Part shown: positions 34,028 through 47,378 of the stretch, piece by piece
Numbering within the stretch: the stretch's first letter is position 1
How the letters are laid out: every line of letters begins with the position of its first letter
DNA from: Mobula hypostoma
Taxonomy: Eukaryota
NCBI RefSeq assembly: GCF_963921235.1
Contig: NC_086109.1
Coordinates: forward strand, 21,330,001-21,394,000
Length of the DNA stretch: 64,000 bases
Direction: 5' to 3'
Program-made: the position numbers and the translations under genes
Notes under the pieces: generated by a model
Seen by the model: only the letters and a program-made list of their open reading frames with translations
Databases searched by the model: none
What the model was told of the DNA's origin: nothing

Positions 34028-34883
34028 CAAGATGGCGCTAAATAGCAACTCCTTTGCTTGCGTCTTTGGAAACAGCTCTATTTTTATCTTTGATATCTCT
34101 TTTTTTCCTTTTCAGGGCATCGGGGGTTCCTCTGAGGACCCTTACGTGGAGTTACACTCTGACTTCGGTTCTTTGCGTGAATGGGACCTGCTCTTAGGAC
34201 CCCATGACCGGCCGGTTTTTGATATCCCAAGAATGCGGCCTGGAAGAGGAGCATGCCTTCAGGGTTCCAGGTTTTCGTGGCTCTGGGGACGGGCTGATTC
34301 TAGGCTGGTGCCCCTGTCTGGACTGTCATGGAGAACACGGAATATCAGGAGCAGTGGGTTAGCTGCTGGGGGTTGTGTGTCCAGAGAGCTGTGCCTTTTT
34401 GGTGCCGACTCTCTGAGCTCAGAGCTCAGAAAAAGCAATGCAGCAGACTTTTAACATCGTAAATCAGCGAGCCGTTTGTCATGTCTCCCCTCTTGCTGTG
34501 AAACGGGGACGCCTCTTTTTCCCATATCAGGGAGAGAGAGAGAGCCTGTGGGATATTGAATTACCGGGTGAACGAGTAGTTTTTGGAGTACTGCAAGTCT
34601 GTGTTTTTATTGATGCTTTGCTGCACACTTGAGTGCTCGGGTGGAGGTGCTGATGCTGTTTTGCTGGTGGAGGTTGGGGGGGTGGTGTGGTTCTTTGCAT
34701 TGCTGCTGCTTGTGTGTGGGGGGGAGTCGGGATGGGTTGGCTTTGGGGTTCTAACATTTAACTGTCATTCATTCTTTGGGACGCTTCTGTGTTTTCGTGG
34801 ATGTCTGCGAAGAAAAAAAATTTCAGGATGTGTATTGTATACATTTCTCTGACATTAAATGTACCACTGAAACCTTTTGAAAC
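34028..34883 (+). mobile_element. Non-coding non-autonomous retroposon, family A
   Basis: CAAGATGGCGC start; homologous to the copies at 8995 and 46482; tail ..acattaaatgtaccactgaaaccttttga. Confidence 0.75.
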
Positions 34884-35871
34884 AATGGATGTCTGCCATT
34901 CTGGCCTCTGCTCTGTGCTCGAAGGCCAGTGAAGTGATCATGGGAAGAAGGATATCCGGGGTCTATGCCTCCTCTCTGCACTCAAAGGCCAGCATCGAGG
35001 ATGGGTGAGGAAGGACATCCTTAGATGTTGGTCTGTCTCAGGTCTCCATGATCGGACGTCTGTGCTCTCAGGATGCAGGAGGGCCAGTCAGTTGGTGCGT
35101 CCGGAATTCCCGCTTGGAATTTGGAATCCCGTCATTGGCTAGTCTAGGGGTCAGCTCCAAATAAAGAAGCCCAAAGATTGATTGGAAGTCTGGAAGTTGA
35201 AGCCCGGCGGCCAGAACCTGGAGACTGGAGGCCCGTCTGGAGTTGGAGGACCGTCTATGTGCATGTGGGTGAGAGGGAGGAATGGGGCCTGTTCTGCTGT
35301 TGTTCTTTAGTTGCTTGTTGTATTCTGTCTTGTTGAGTTCTTGTTGTTCTGGCAAGCATTGTGGACACGCTATGCTGGCACTGAAATGTGTGACGACACC
35401 TGTGGGCTGCCCCAGCACGTCCTTAGGCTGTGTTGGTCATTAACACAAGCAATGCCTTTCACTGTATGTTTTGATGTGCTCGTGGTGAATGAATGTGTAC
35501 CTGAACCTTGTGGTTTCAGCACTAGGTTTATTATATCATATGCAACATGTAGTGAGTGAAACCCCCAGAAATGGCAGCACCACCTTTGAAGTGTAACCAC
35601 CATGGTAAAGTAGAGGACCCAGGGACAGGGCTGAACCGAGCAAATGTCCTCGAGTCGTAACCCAACAGAATATAATGACAAGACTACTTGTTTCTGATTT
35701 TGATGACTGAACAAAAATAGCATAAGCCAGGGGCTGATTCTACCGCTCTTCTTTGAATAGCTCTACATCCACCAGAGGGGGCAGAGGGAGCTGTGTCAGA
35801 AAGACACTGGAACACTGGCCCGGATGCTTGTGCTTGTCTTTGAAATAGGACATCCTCAACCTTTTGAGTCA

Positions 35872-36325
35872 GAAAAGAGGGAAAGGGAGACGGATAGAGA
35901 GAGGGAGAGGGAGAGAGAGACGGATAGAGGGAGGGAGAGGGAGAGAGAGAGTCGGGTGGGGTGGGGAGGAGACAGAGGAGAAGAGGAGAGGGGGAGGGTG
36001 AGGGGAGGGGGGAGAGAGGGAGAGAGATGGGGAGGAGGGCAAGGGGAGTGAGGGGTGAGAGAGGGTGGAGGACAAGAGAAGAGGAGAGGGTAAGAGGGAG
36101 GGGAGTGGGAGGGGGAGGGGAAGGGGAGAGGGAGAGGGTAAGAGTCAGAGGAAAGCAGATGTACACTGGTAAAAAAAATAGAGAAATACAGAGAAGAGAC
36201 GATGGAGAGTGACGGACACAGATTGTGAGAGATTAAGACAGTAACAGACTACGATAGAAAGATGGAGAAGGAGAGAGAGAATGAGAGACAGAGTGAGATA
36301 AAAATGACAGGAGAGGCAGAGGGAT
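35872..36325 (+). repeat. GA-rich low-complexity purine tract
   Basis: (GA)n/(GGA)n composition. Confidence 0.9.
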
Positions 36326-36929
36326 TCACAACATACATTGAACATAGAACAGTACAGCATGGGAGCAAGCTCTCTAGCCCATGATATCTGCACCAAACAT
36401 AATGCCGAATTAAACTAAACTCTTCTGCCTGCACACAATCCATATCTCTCCATTCTCCACATATTCACATGTCTATTAATAGCCACTTGAATGGCACTGT
36501 CGAATATCCTTGCACACTACCACTGGATGCCCATTCCACATACTTTCCACTCTGTGTAAAACAACTTGTCCCAGGCACCTTCATTAATTGATAAATTGAG
36601 GGAGGTCTGTGGGTGGGAATAAGGATGATTTTTGTTTTCCTATGTTTGACCTAATGCCATGAGACTTCCCCTGTTTCCAAGTCATACGCCATTTGTAGTT
36701 GGACATATCCAATCATTCTAATTTTTTTTCTGAGAAGTTAGAAACACCTGGGATATTTGAAGATCTCTTGTCAGAAGAGTGCCAGGTAAATCAGCTAGCA
36801 GTTAAGTGCGACCGGACCATGAATATATTATTGTATGTAGATAGTGACTGATAGAGATTTATTAACAATGCAACCTGTTATCAATGCACCCTTTATGGAA
36901 GAAGCTATTTCAAAGGGTTGGACTTCTAA

Positions 36930-37500
36930 AGAGTCATAGAGCACTACAACATAGAAACAGCCCATCTAGTATGCACCAAACTCTATTATCCTGCCTAATT
37001 CCATCAACATACACCAGGACCATAGCACTTCATATGCCTGCCATCCATGTACTTATCCAAACTTCTCTTAAACTTTGAAATTGAGCTTGCATTTACCACT
37101 TGTGCTGGCGGCTCATTCTACACTCTCAGGACCCTCTGAGAAAAGAAGACCCCCATCATGTTCTCCTAAAACATTTCACCTTTCACCCATGACCTCTAGT
37201 TCTAGTCTCACCCAATCGCAGTGGAAAAAGCCTACTTGCATTTACTCTGCCTATACCTCCATCAAAGCTTCCCTCATTCTCCTCACTCCAGGGAATAAAG
37301 TTATAACCTATTCAAACTTTCTCTATAACTTAGATCATCAGGTTCTGATGACCATCCTTGGGAATTTACTCTGTGTTCTTTCAATCTTATTGATATCTTT
37401 CCTTGTGGTAGGTGACTGGAACTACACACAATACTCTGAATTAGCCCTCGCCAATGTCTTATACAACTTCAGCACAATGTCCCAACTCCAACATTGATTT
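36930..37500 (-). mobile_element. Old CR1 3' fragment
   Basis: Reverse complement of LYKTLARANSEYCV.F.SP and 3' UTR; homologous to 16300-16900. Confidence 0.75.
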
Positions 37501-38299
37501 ATGATTTATTGTGTTTTTTTTTGAACAAATGTAATTTTGCAGCTCTAGTGAGTACTTCTTAATGGATTGTCAGGGTTAGAAAAAGATGCACTTAAGATTT
37601 AATTACAGCAGAGAGTTGTTGCAAATTCCCAAAGCATTTGAAATCTTGTTGGTGTGGTTAAATATTTATATGTGCTAAAAAAAATTACGAAAATCAGATT
37701 GGACTTGCTGTTGTTTTTGTAATTTCATCAGATTTTCACTTGACTTAATATTTGTGGGAAGATAATGATTATTAGGAAGAGAATCAAATGCCACAACAGA
37801 ACACAAAGGAAATGGTTCTGCACCTTAACACCGGCCCTGTTGTAATTCAGTAACTTAGATTAGTAAAATAAAATACTGTATAAAGTCTGATCATTCCTGA
37901 ATAACTTGATTAAATCTTCAGGAAATTAATTTTTCACTGATTGACTCCCAGCAGCTTTCTCCCCAGAGAGATTGCACTATAAGAGCAAGCACAAAACTAT
38001 CTCTCAGAGGGCAAGTGTCTCACTGACTGAGCAGTGAACTATTTAAATCATTAGTTTATTATGTTCTTCACAGCGATTAATACTGCACACATCCTGGTAT
38101 GATCGCTTACTTGTCCATATCGGTGTTGGTTCAGGTTTCAGAGGAGCAATGCACTTTCCCCATTAAGAATAACTCGGCTCAGGAGCTTCTGTGCCCTTGA
38201 GTCTGATTCCAATGTATCATGTTTCTTGCAATCTGCAACGGAGACACTGAATCCAATTATGGAGCTCGAGTCACCTTAACCAGTTTCAAACCCAAACAA

Positions 38300-38465
38300 A
38301 CTCACACGCAATGCTGGAGGGACTCAGCAGGCCAGGCAGCATCTATGGCGAGGAGTACAGTCGCCGTTTCGTTCTTCAGACCCTTCATCAGGACTGGAGA
38401 GAAAAGATGAGGCGTCAGAGGAAGAAGGTGGGAGGAGGGAAGGAAGAAATACAAGGTGATAGGGG
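38300..38465 (-). mobile_element. Penelope pLTR fragment with hammerhead-like motif (38359-38395)
   Basis: Minus strand: agtc-CTGATGA-agggtctgaagaac-GAAA-cggc-gact. Confidence 0.7.
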
Positions 38466-39226
38466 ACTGGAGGTGGTGGTGGGGGGGGGGGTAAGAAGAA
38501 GAGAAGTGGCACATAGATCTAAGGGCCTGTTTCTGTGCTGTATGTCTCCGTGCATCTATAAATACAACCTCTAGGTACTGTTCAAACAGCTTTACACATA
38601 ACTTCGAATCGGAATCAAGTTTAATATCTCCCGACATATGTCGTAAAATTTGTTAACTTTGCAGCAGCGGTATGATGCAATACATGATAAATATAGAAAA
38701 AAACTTGAATTATAGTAAGTATAAATATGTATATTAAAGAGCTAAGTTAAAATAAGTAGCGAAAAAAAAAATTTAAAAAAAATGTCGTGAGGAAATGTTC
38801 AAGGGTTCAATGTGCATTTAGGAATCAGATTGTAGAGGGGAAGGCCCTGTTCCGGAATTGCTGAGTGTGTGCCTTCAGGTTTCTGCATCTCCTTCTTGAT
38901 GGAAGAGAAGAGGGCATATCCTGGGTGATGAGGACCCTCCTTAATGATAGACGCTGCCTTTCTGAGGCACTGTTCCTCGAAGACGTCTTGGATACTATAG
39001 AGGCTAGTACCCATGATGGAGCTGACTAACTTTACCAGCCTCTGCAGTTTACTTTGACCCTGTGCACCACCACCACAACTCCCCCCCCCCCCCCCAACCA
39101 GGTGGTGATGCAGGCAGTCATAATACTCTCCATGGTACATCTGTACAAGTTTTAAGCATGTTCCAAATCTCCTCAAACTACTAATGAAATATAGCTGCTG
39201 TCTTGCCGTCCTTGTAGCTGCATTGA

Positions 39227-42200
39227 TATAGAAACATAGAAACATAGAAAATAGGTGCAGGAGTAGGCCATTCGGCCCTTCGAGCCTGCACCACCATTCA
39301 GTATGATCATGGCTGATCATCCAACTCAGAACCCTGCACCAGCCTTTCCTCCATACCCCCTAATCCCTTTAGCCACAAGGGCCATATCTAACTCCCTCTT
39401 AAGTATAGCCAATGAACTGGCCTCAACTGTTTCCTGTGGCAGAGAATTCCACAGATTCACCACTCTCTGTGTGAAGAAGTTTTTCCTAATCTCGGTCCTA
39501 AAAGGCTTCCCCTCTATCCTCAAACTGTGACCCCTCGTTCTGGACTTCCCCAACATCGGGAACAATCTTCCTACATCTAGCCTGTCCAATCCCTTTAGAA
39601 TTTTATACGTTTCAATAAGATCCCCCCTCAATCTTCTAAATTCCAGAGAGTATAAGCCTAGTTCATCCAGTCTTTCATCATATGAAAGTCCTGCCATCCC
39701 AGGAATCAATCTGGTGAACCTTCTTTGTACTCCCTCTATGGCAAGGATGTCTTTCCTCAGATTAGGGACCAAAACTGCACACAGTACTCCAGGTGTGGTC
39801 TCACCAAGGCTTTGTACAACTGCAGTAGTACCTCCCTGCTCCTGTACTTGAATCCTCTTGCTATAAATGCCAGCATACCATTCGCCTTTTTCACCACCTG
39901 CTGTACCTGCATGCCCACTTTCAATGACTGGTGTATAATGACACCCAGGTCTCGTTGCACCTCCCCTTTTCCTAATCAGCCACCATTCAGTTAATAATCT
40001 GTTTTCCTGTTTTTGCCACCAAAGTGGATAACTTCACATTTATCCACATTAAATTGCATCTGCCATGAATTTGCCCACTCACCTAACCTATCCAAGTCAC
40101 CCTGCATCCTCTTAGCATCCTCCTCACAGCTAACACTACCGCCCAGCTTCGTGTCATCCACAATCTTGGAGATGCTGCATTTAATTCTCTCATCCAAGTC
40201 ATTAATATATATTGTAAACAACTGGGGTCCCAGCACTGAGCCTTGCGGTACCCCACTAGTCACTGCCTGCCATTCTGAAAAGGTCCCATTTATTCCCACT
40301 CTTTGCTTCCTGTCTGCCAACCAATTCTCTATCCACATCAATACCTTACCCCCAATACCGTGTGCTTTAAGTTTGCACACCAATCTCCTGTGTGGGACCT
40401 TGTCAAAAGCCTTTTGAAAATCCAAATATACCACATCCACTGGTTCTCCCCTATCCACTCTACTAGTTACATCCTCAAAAAATTCTATGAGATTCGTCAG
40501 ACATGATTTTCCTTTCACAAATCCATGCTGACTTTGTCCGATGATTTCACCACTTTCCAAATGTGCTGTTATCACATCTTTGATAACTGACACTAGCAGT
40601 TTCCCCACCACCGATGTTAGGCTAATCGGTCTATAATTCCCCGGTTTCTCTCTCCCTCCTTTTTTAAAAAGTGGGGTTACATTAGCCACCCTCCAATCCT
40701 CAGGAACTAGTCCTGAATCTAACGAGTTTTGAAAAATTATCACTAATGCATCCACTATTTCTTGGGCTACTTCCTTAAGCACTCTGGGATGCAGACCATC
40801 TGGCCCTGGGGATTTATCTGTCTTTAATCCCTTCAATTTACCTAACACCACTTCCCTACTAACATGTATTTCGCTCAGTTCCTCCATCTCACTGGACCCT
40901 CTGTCCCCTACTATTTCTGGAAGATTATTTATGTCCTCCTTAGTGAAGACAGAACCAAAGTAATTATTCAATTGGTTTGCCATGTCCTTGCTCCCCATAA
41001 TCAATTCACCTGTTTCTGTCTGTAGGGGACCTACATTTGTCTTAACCAATCTTTTTCTTTTCACATATCTATAAAAGCTTTTACAGTCAGTTTTTATGTT
41101 CCCTGCCAGTTTTCTCTTATAATCTTTTTTCCCCTTCCTAATTAAGCCCTTTGCCCTCCTCTGCTGAACTCTGAATTTCTCCCAGTCCTCAGGTGAGCCA
41201 CTTTTTCTGGCTAATTTGTATGCTTCTTCTTTGGAATTGATACTATTCCTAATTTCACTTGTCAGCCACGGGTGCACTACCTTCCTTGATTTATTCTTTG
41301 CCAAACTGTGATGAACAATTGTTGTAGTTCATCCATGCGATCTTTAAATGCTTGTCATTGCATATCCACCAATAACCCTTTAAGTGTCATTTGCCAGTCT
41401 ATCTTAGCTAATTTACGTCTCATACCTTCAAAGTTATCCTTCTTTAAGTTCAGAACCTTTGTTTCTGAATTAACTATGTCACTCTCCATCTTAATGAAGA
41501 ATTCCACCATATTATGGTCACTCTTACCCAAGGGGCCTCTCACGACAAGATTGCTAATTAACCCTTCCTCATTGCTGAATACCCAGTCTAGAATAGCCGG
41601 CTCTCTAGTTGGTTCCTCGACATGTTGGTTCAAAAAACCATCCCGCATACATTCCAAGAAATCCTCTTCCTCAGCACCCTTACCAATTTGGTTCACCCAA
41701 TCTACATGTAGATTGAAGTCACCTATTATAACTGCTGTTCCTTTATTGCACACATTTCTAATTTCCTCTTTAATACCATCCCCAACCTCACTACTACTGT
41801 TAGGTGGCCTGTACACAACTCCCACCAGCGTTTTCTGCCCTTTAGTGTTATGCAGCTCTACCCATATTGATTCCACATCTTCCCGGCTTATGTCCTTCCT
41901 TTCTATTGTGTTAATCTCCTCCCTAACCAGCAACACCACCCCACCTCCTTTTCTTTCATGTCTATCCCTCCCGAATATTGAATATCCCTGAATGTTGAGC
42001 TCCCATCCTTGGTCACCCTGGAGCCATGTCTCTGTGATCCCAACTATATCATAATCATTAATAACAATCTGCACTTTCAATTCATCCACCTTGTTATGAA
42101 TGCTCCTTGCATTGACACACAAAGCCTTCAGGCGCACTTTTACAACTCTCTTAGCCCTTATACAATTATGTTGAAAAGTGGCCCTTTTTGATGCTTGCCC

Positions 42201-43258
42201 TGGATTTGTCGGCCTGCCACTTTTCACCTTACTACTTTTTGCTTCTACCCTCATTTTACACCCCTCTGTCTCTCTGCACTGGTTCCCATCCCCCTGTTGT
42301 GAACTAACCTCCTCTCGCCTAGCCTCTTTAATTTGATTCCCACCCCCCAACCATTCTAGTTTAAAGTCACCTCAGTAGCCCCCGCTAATCTCCCAGCCAG
42401 GATATTGGTCCCCCTAGGATTCAAGTGTAACCCATCCTTTTTGTAAAGGTAACGCCTGCGCCAAAAGGTGTCCCAATGATCCAAAAACTTGAAACCCTCC
42501 CCCCTGCTCCAATCCTTCAGCCACGCATTTATCCTCCACCTCATTGCATTCCTACTCTCACTGTTGCGTGGCACAGGCAGTAATCCCGAGATTACTACCT
42601 TTGCGGTCCTTTTTCTCAACTCCCTTCCTAGCTCCCTATATTCTCCTTTCAGGACCTCTTCCCTTTTCCTAGCTATGTCATTGGTACCTATATGCACCAC
42701 GACATCTGGCTCCTCACCCTCCCACTTCAGGATATCTTGGACACGATCAGAAATATCCCGGACCCTGGCACCAGGGAGGCAAACTACCATCCGGGTCTCT
42801 AGACTGTGCCCACAGAATCGCCTATCTGACCCCTTTACTATCGAGTCCCCTATTACAACTGCCCTCCTCTTCCTTTCCCTACCCTTCTGAGCTACAGGGC
42901 CGGACTCTGTGCCGGAGGCACGGCCACTGTCGCTTCCCCCGGGTAAGCTGTCTCCCCCAACAGTACTCAAACAGGAGTACCTATTGTCAAGGGGCACAGC
43001 CACCGGGGTACTCTCTATTACCTGACTCTTCCCCTTCCCCCTCCTAACCGTGACCCACTGATCTGCCTCCCGTGGCCCCGGTGTGATCACCTGCCTGTAA
43101 CTCCTCTCTATCAACTCCTCACTCTCCGTGACAAGACGAAGGTCATCGAGCTGCAGCTCCAGTTCCCTAACGCAGTCCCTTAGGAGCTGCATCTCGGCGC
43201 ACCTGGCGCAGATGTGGATGTCTGGGAGGCTTGGAGACTCCAGGGCCTCCCACATCCG
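39227..43258 (-). mobile_element. Near full-length CR1 LINE (ORF1 plus ORF2, few lesions)
   Basis: ORF1 42356-43255; ORF2 pieces 41355-42350 (APE), 39991-41304 (RT), 39326-39960; (ttctatgt)n tail. Confidence 0.95.
42356..43255 (-). CDS. CR1 ORF1p: Cys/leucine-zipper region plus SGNH esterase domain (possibly 5'-truncated)
   Basis: CARCAEMQLLRDCVRELELQLDDL; VIGDSIV; HIGTND; DGLHLN. Confidence 0.8.
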   Translation of the reverse strand: MWEALESPSLPDIHICARCAEMQLLRDCVRELELQLDDLRLVTESEELIERSYRQVITPGPREADQWVTVRRGKGKSQVIESTPVAVPLDNRYSCLSTVGGDSLPGGSDSGRASGTESGPVAQKGRERKRRAVVIGDSIVKGSDRRFCGHSLETRMVVCLPGARVRDISDRVQDILKWEGEEPDVVVHIGTNDIARKREEVLKGEYRELGRELRKRTAKVVISGLLPVPRNSESRNAMRWRINAWLKDWSRGEGFKFLDHWDTFWRRRYLYKKDGLHLNPRGTNILAGRLAGATEVTLN

Positions 43259-43659
43259 TGTGTTGTGACCAGGTTAGATCCTCGGAGATATTGATACACA
43301 GGAACTTGAAACTGCTCACTCTCTCCACCCCTGATCCCTTTATGAGGATTGATTTGTGCTCCTGCATCTTATCCTTTCTGAAGGCCAGCTCTTTCATCTT
43401 AGTGATGTTGAGTACAAGGTTGGTGCTGCGACACCACTCAACTAGCTGGTATGTCTTGCTCCTGTACACCCTCTCATCACCATCTGAGAATCTGTTGTAT
43501 TCTCAGCAAAATTATAGATGGTATTTGAGCTATACCTAGTCCATAGTTATGGGTATAGAGAAAGTAGAACGGTGGGCACAGCACACATCCCTGAAGTGCA
43601 CCAGTGTTGATTGTCAGTGTTGACTCATTGACATTATAGACAGGATATTGTGATCTTAG

Positions 43660-44390
43660 CTGATAATTTTCTAAACAGGGAATGAATTCAGAAGTCAGAG
43701 GTGCAAAGGGACTTGGGCGTCCAGTGCAGGATTTCTTAAAGGTTAACTTGCAGGTAAGGAAGACAAATGCAATGTTATCATTATGTCTAGAGAACCAGAA
43801 TACAAAAGCGAGGATGTAATGCTGAGGCTTTATAAGACATTGGACAGACTGTATTTGGAGCATTGTGAGAAGTTTTGGGTCCCATCTTTAAGGAAGGATG
43901 TGCTGGCATTGGAGAGGGTCCAGAAGAAGTTTATGAGAATTATCCAGGAATTAAAATGTTAATGTATGAGAATGTTTGATAGTTCTGCATGTGTACTTGC
44001 TGGATTTCAGAAAAATAAGGGGGGGATTTCGTTGAAACCTCCTGAATATTGACAGGTCCAGATAGAGGATGTTTCCAATAGTGGGAGAGTTTAGGACCAG
44101 AGGGCACAGCTTCAGAATAGAAGGACATCCTTGTCGAACAGAGATGAGGAGGGATTTATTGTGAGGCTAGTGAATCTGTGGAATTCTTTGCCATAGACGG
44201 CTGTGGAGGCCAGGTTGCTGGGTACATTTAGAGTAGAGGCTGATAGTTCCTGAGTAAGTAAGGGCATCAAAGGTTACAGGGAGAAGGCAGGAGATCAGGC
44301 ACTGAGAGGTAAAATAAATCAGTCATGATCATCCTCAATGGCTGAATGGCCTAATTGTGCCCCCATGTCTAGTAGTTTTTTGGTCTAGTG
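43660..44390 (+). mobile_element. Old CR1 3' fragment
   Basis: SEVRGAKGLG.., LYKTL.., tggagagggtccagaagaagttt, CR1 3' UTR. Confidence 0.8.
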
Positions 44391-45374
44391 GTTATGTGAC
44401 TGAATGATTACGGGTCAAATTGAGCTGTATGCCATGGATTGGTGAATATTGACAACTTTTGCTTTTATTAATAAGATTTTTACCAAAATAGTATAAAAGA
44501 CATGTGGGTCCAAGGTAGAATGATGGATCTCACTTAATGGCCCATATTATTCCTATCCACAGTTGGGTCTGTTGAAACCACAGGATTTCGTGCCTCCTCT
44601 CAAAAAGATTCTGATTTTTGCCAGTATCCTTCTTTACAAGAACTGCCCGTGCTCTGAACATTACCCTGCTGGTCATTCTTCAACACTGACAGTGAATACC
44701 TGCAACCTATGTGATCACAAATGTTTAATTTAAAATATAATTATGTCTAAATTTATAAAACTCATTCATTTTACGATGTGGGAGTTGGTGGAAAGGTTGC
44801 CGTGCATTGCTCATCCTTTGCAGCCTCAAAAAGATAATAACACTCATTCTTGAACCACTGCAATCTGTGTGCGGGTGGAATTAGACAGGCAATTTCCAGG
44901 CTACAGAAAGGAAAAGAAAAATTATTCGTATTTATGTAGGAATTTCATAATCTCAAGATGAATTACGGAATTTCAGAACTTACCTTTGCAACATAAATTA
45001 GTTAACAAAATTCACCTTCCTCAGGAGCCATGTGTGTTCCAACCAACAGTTGTTATATGTCAAAGGTACTTCAATAGATGTGAAATACCTTGGGTAGTGA
45101 AAGGTGCCGTATAATTGCAAGTCTTTGCTTCTTTCTATGCTGACAGGAACTAAACAACGTGATTGTACAATATATCAATTTTATTAAGTTTGCAGTGGAA
45201 TAACTGTACCAATCCCTTTCCTGTTCTTTTAAACTAATGGGATAAAGCTTTTACCACATAGAAAGAGTTATTTATGGGGCTGTGTTACTGCTGTGACTGC
45301 TGGAATTAAAGGCACCTCTGTAATTCACTATCACGAGCATACACTAAAGGTGAAACATTAGCCTGTCCATTCCT

Positions 45375-47378
45375 CCATCTTGGAATGTTTGGTATTTATG
45401 AATCCTAATACATACGTCAAGTTGTTGTTCATTGTCCTCAGCTCAGCATTTAACACCATCGTTACCACAGCTCTGATTAGAAAGCTCCAAATCCTGGGCC
45501 TCTGTACCTCCCTCTGCAACTGGTTCCTCGACTTACACACCGGGAGACCACAGTCTGTTTGGATCGGAAAGAACAAACTCCACCTGCTGATAATCAACAC
45601 TGGCGCGCCTCAGGGATGTGTGCTTAGCCCACTGCTCTACTCTCTCTACGTCCACGACTGTGTGGCTACGTACAGCTCAAACACCATCTGTAAGTTTGCT
45701 GATGACACAGCTATTGTGGGCAGAATTTCAGATGGTGACGAGAAGGCGTACAGGACCGATTTAGATCAGCTGACTGAGTGATGTTGCAACAATAACTTTG
45801 CACTCATCATCAGTAAGACCAAAGAATTAATTGTGGACTTCAGAAAGGGTAAGATGAGAGCACATACACCAGTCCTCATAGAGGGAACAGAAGTGGAAAG
45901 GGTGAACAATTTCAAGTTCCTGAGTGTCAATGTCTCTGAGGTTTTATCCTGGGTCCAGCATATCGTTGTAGTTACAAAGAAGGCACAACAGTGGCTATAT
46001 TTCATCAGGAGTTTGAGGAAATTTGATATGTCACCAAAGACACTCACAAATTTCTACAGATGTATCGTGGAGAGCATTCTGACAGGCTGCGTTACCTACA
46101 GGTTTGGGGGGGGGGGTGGGTGGAGCAAACTGCACGGGATCGAAATAAGACCATAAGATACAGGAGCAGAATTAGGCCACTTGGCCCATCGAGTCTGCTC
46201 AGCAGAAGCTGCAGAAGGTTGTGAGCTCAATCAGCTCCATTGTGGGCACTAGTCTCCCCAGCATCCAGGATATTTTCAAGGAGTAAAGACTTTAGAAAGT
46301 CGGCATCCATCATTAAGGAGCCTCATTAAACAGGACACGCCCTCTTCTCATTGCTACCATCAGGGAGAAGGTACAGGAGCCTGAAGGCACACACTCAATG
46401 ATTCAGGAACAGCTTCTACCCCTCTGCCAACTGATTTCTGAATGGACAATGGACCCTACCTCACTACTTTTTTCCCTCTTTTTCAAAGGTTCAAAGGTCG
46501 AATTTAATGTCAGAGAAATGTATGCATTATACATCCTGAAATGCCTTTTCTTCACAAACATCCACAAAAACGGAGAAGCGCCCCAAAGAATGAATGACAG
46601 TTAGACGTGAGAATCCCAAAGTCCCCCTCCAGTTCCCCCTCCCACGCATAAGTGGCAGTAAGCAACGATCCCACCTCCCCCACCAGCAAAAAAAGTGCAT
46701 CGATACCGTAACCGAACCCAAGCGTGTGCTAAGCAATAGCAAAGACACAGACCAAAGTTACCCAAAGTCTTCGCATTTCATCCGACATTCGACAAACCAT
46801 AGGTTTTCTCTCTTTCTCTGGCAAGGGAGAGGGAGGTGTCCCCCATTTTCACAATGAGCGGGAGACATAACAACAACCCGCTGGTTTATGATGTTAAAAA
46901 TCTGTTTCATCGCTCTTTTCAAGCTCTGTGTCCAATGATCACAAGGACCTTGGGCCTTCAGGCCCACAGTGAAAGAGTTTACGGCCTCCCAGACGACACA
47001 CGAATCTCCTGCTGTGACCCCGACCCTCGATCCGCCCATCTCCAGAGCCCAGAGATCTTAGGCTTCCGAACACGATCGAGACTCTCAGGCTAAACCCTTG
47101 GCATGTCGAATAATGGCCAGTCGTGGAACCCCGAAAACAGGTCCCATTCCCGTAAAGAACCGAAGCCTGCGTGTAACTCCAGGTCAGGGTCTTCAAAAGA
47201 ACCCTGAAAGGGAAAAATAAAGATATTAAAGGTGGAAATAAAGCTGTTTCTGAAGATGTAAGCAAAGGAGTTGCCGTTAGGTGCCATTATCCCTACTTAT
47301 TATATATTGCAATGTACTGCTGCCACATGACAACAGATTTCATGACATATGCTTGTGATATTAAACCTGACCCTGATC
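45375..47378 (+). mobile_element. Rex1/Babar LINE 3' part with nested CR1 tail (about 46149-46200) and a family A copy
   Basis: [51 protein letters not shown]. Confidence 0.88.
46482..47290 (-). mobile_element. Non-coding non-autonomous retroposon, family A
   Basis: Homologous to 34028-34883; (ttcaaagg)2 tail at the left end. Confidence 0.75.

Larger units (their letters stand above)
38605..43625 (-). mobile_element. Rex1/Babar LINE 3' part (38605-39226 and 43259-43625) split by a CR1 insertion
   Basis: INTGALQGCVLCP..; VERVSSFKFL..SEDLTW; RQQLYFISSLRRFG..LRKAASIIKE. Confidence 0.8.

Noticed and set aside
33996..34454. Similar ORFs in family A copies (MALNSNSFAC.. / MAPNSNSFAC.. / MAPNGNSFAY..)
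   Set aside because: Frames and lengths are not conserved between copies and no domain is recognisable; the similarity reflects shared repeat sequence.
35684..36396. Pro/Ser/Leu-rich and Arg/Glu/Gly-rich ORFs
   Set aside because: Translations of GA/CT low-complexity sequence.
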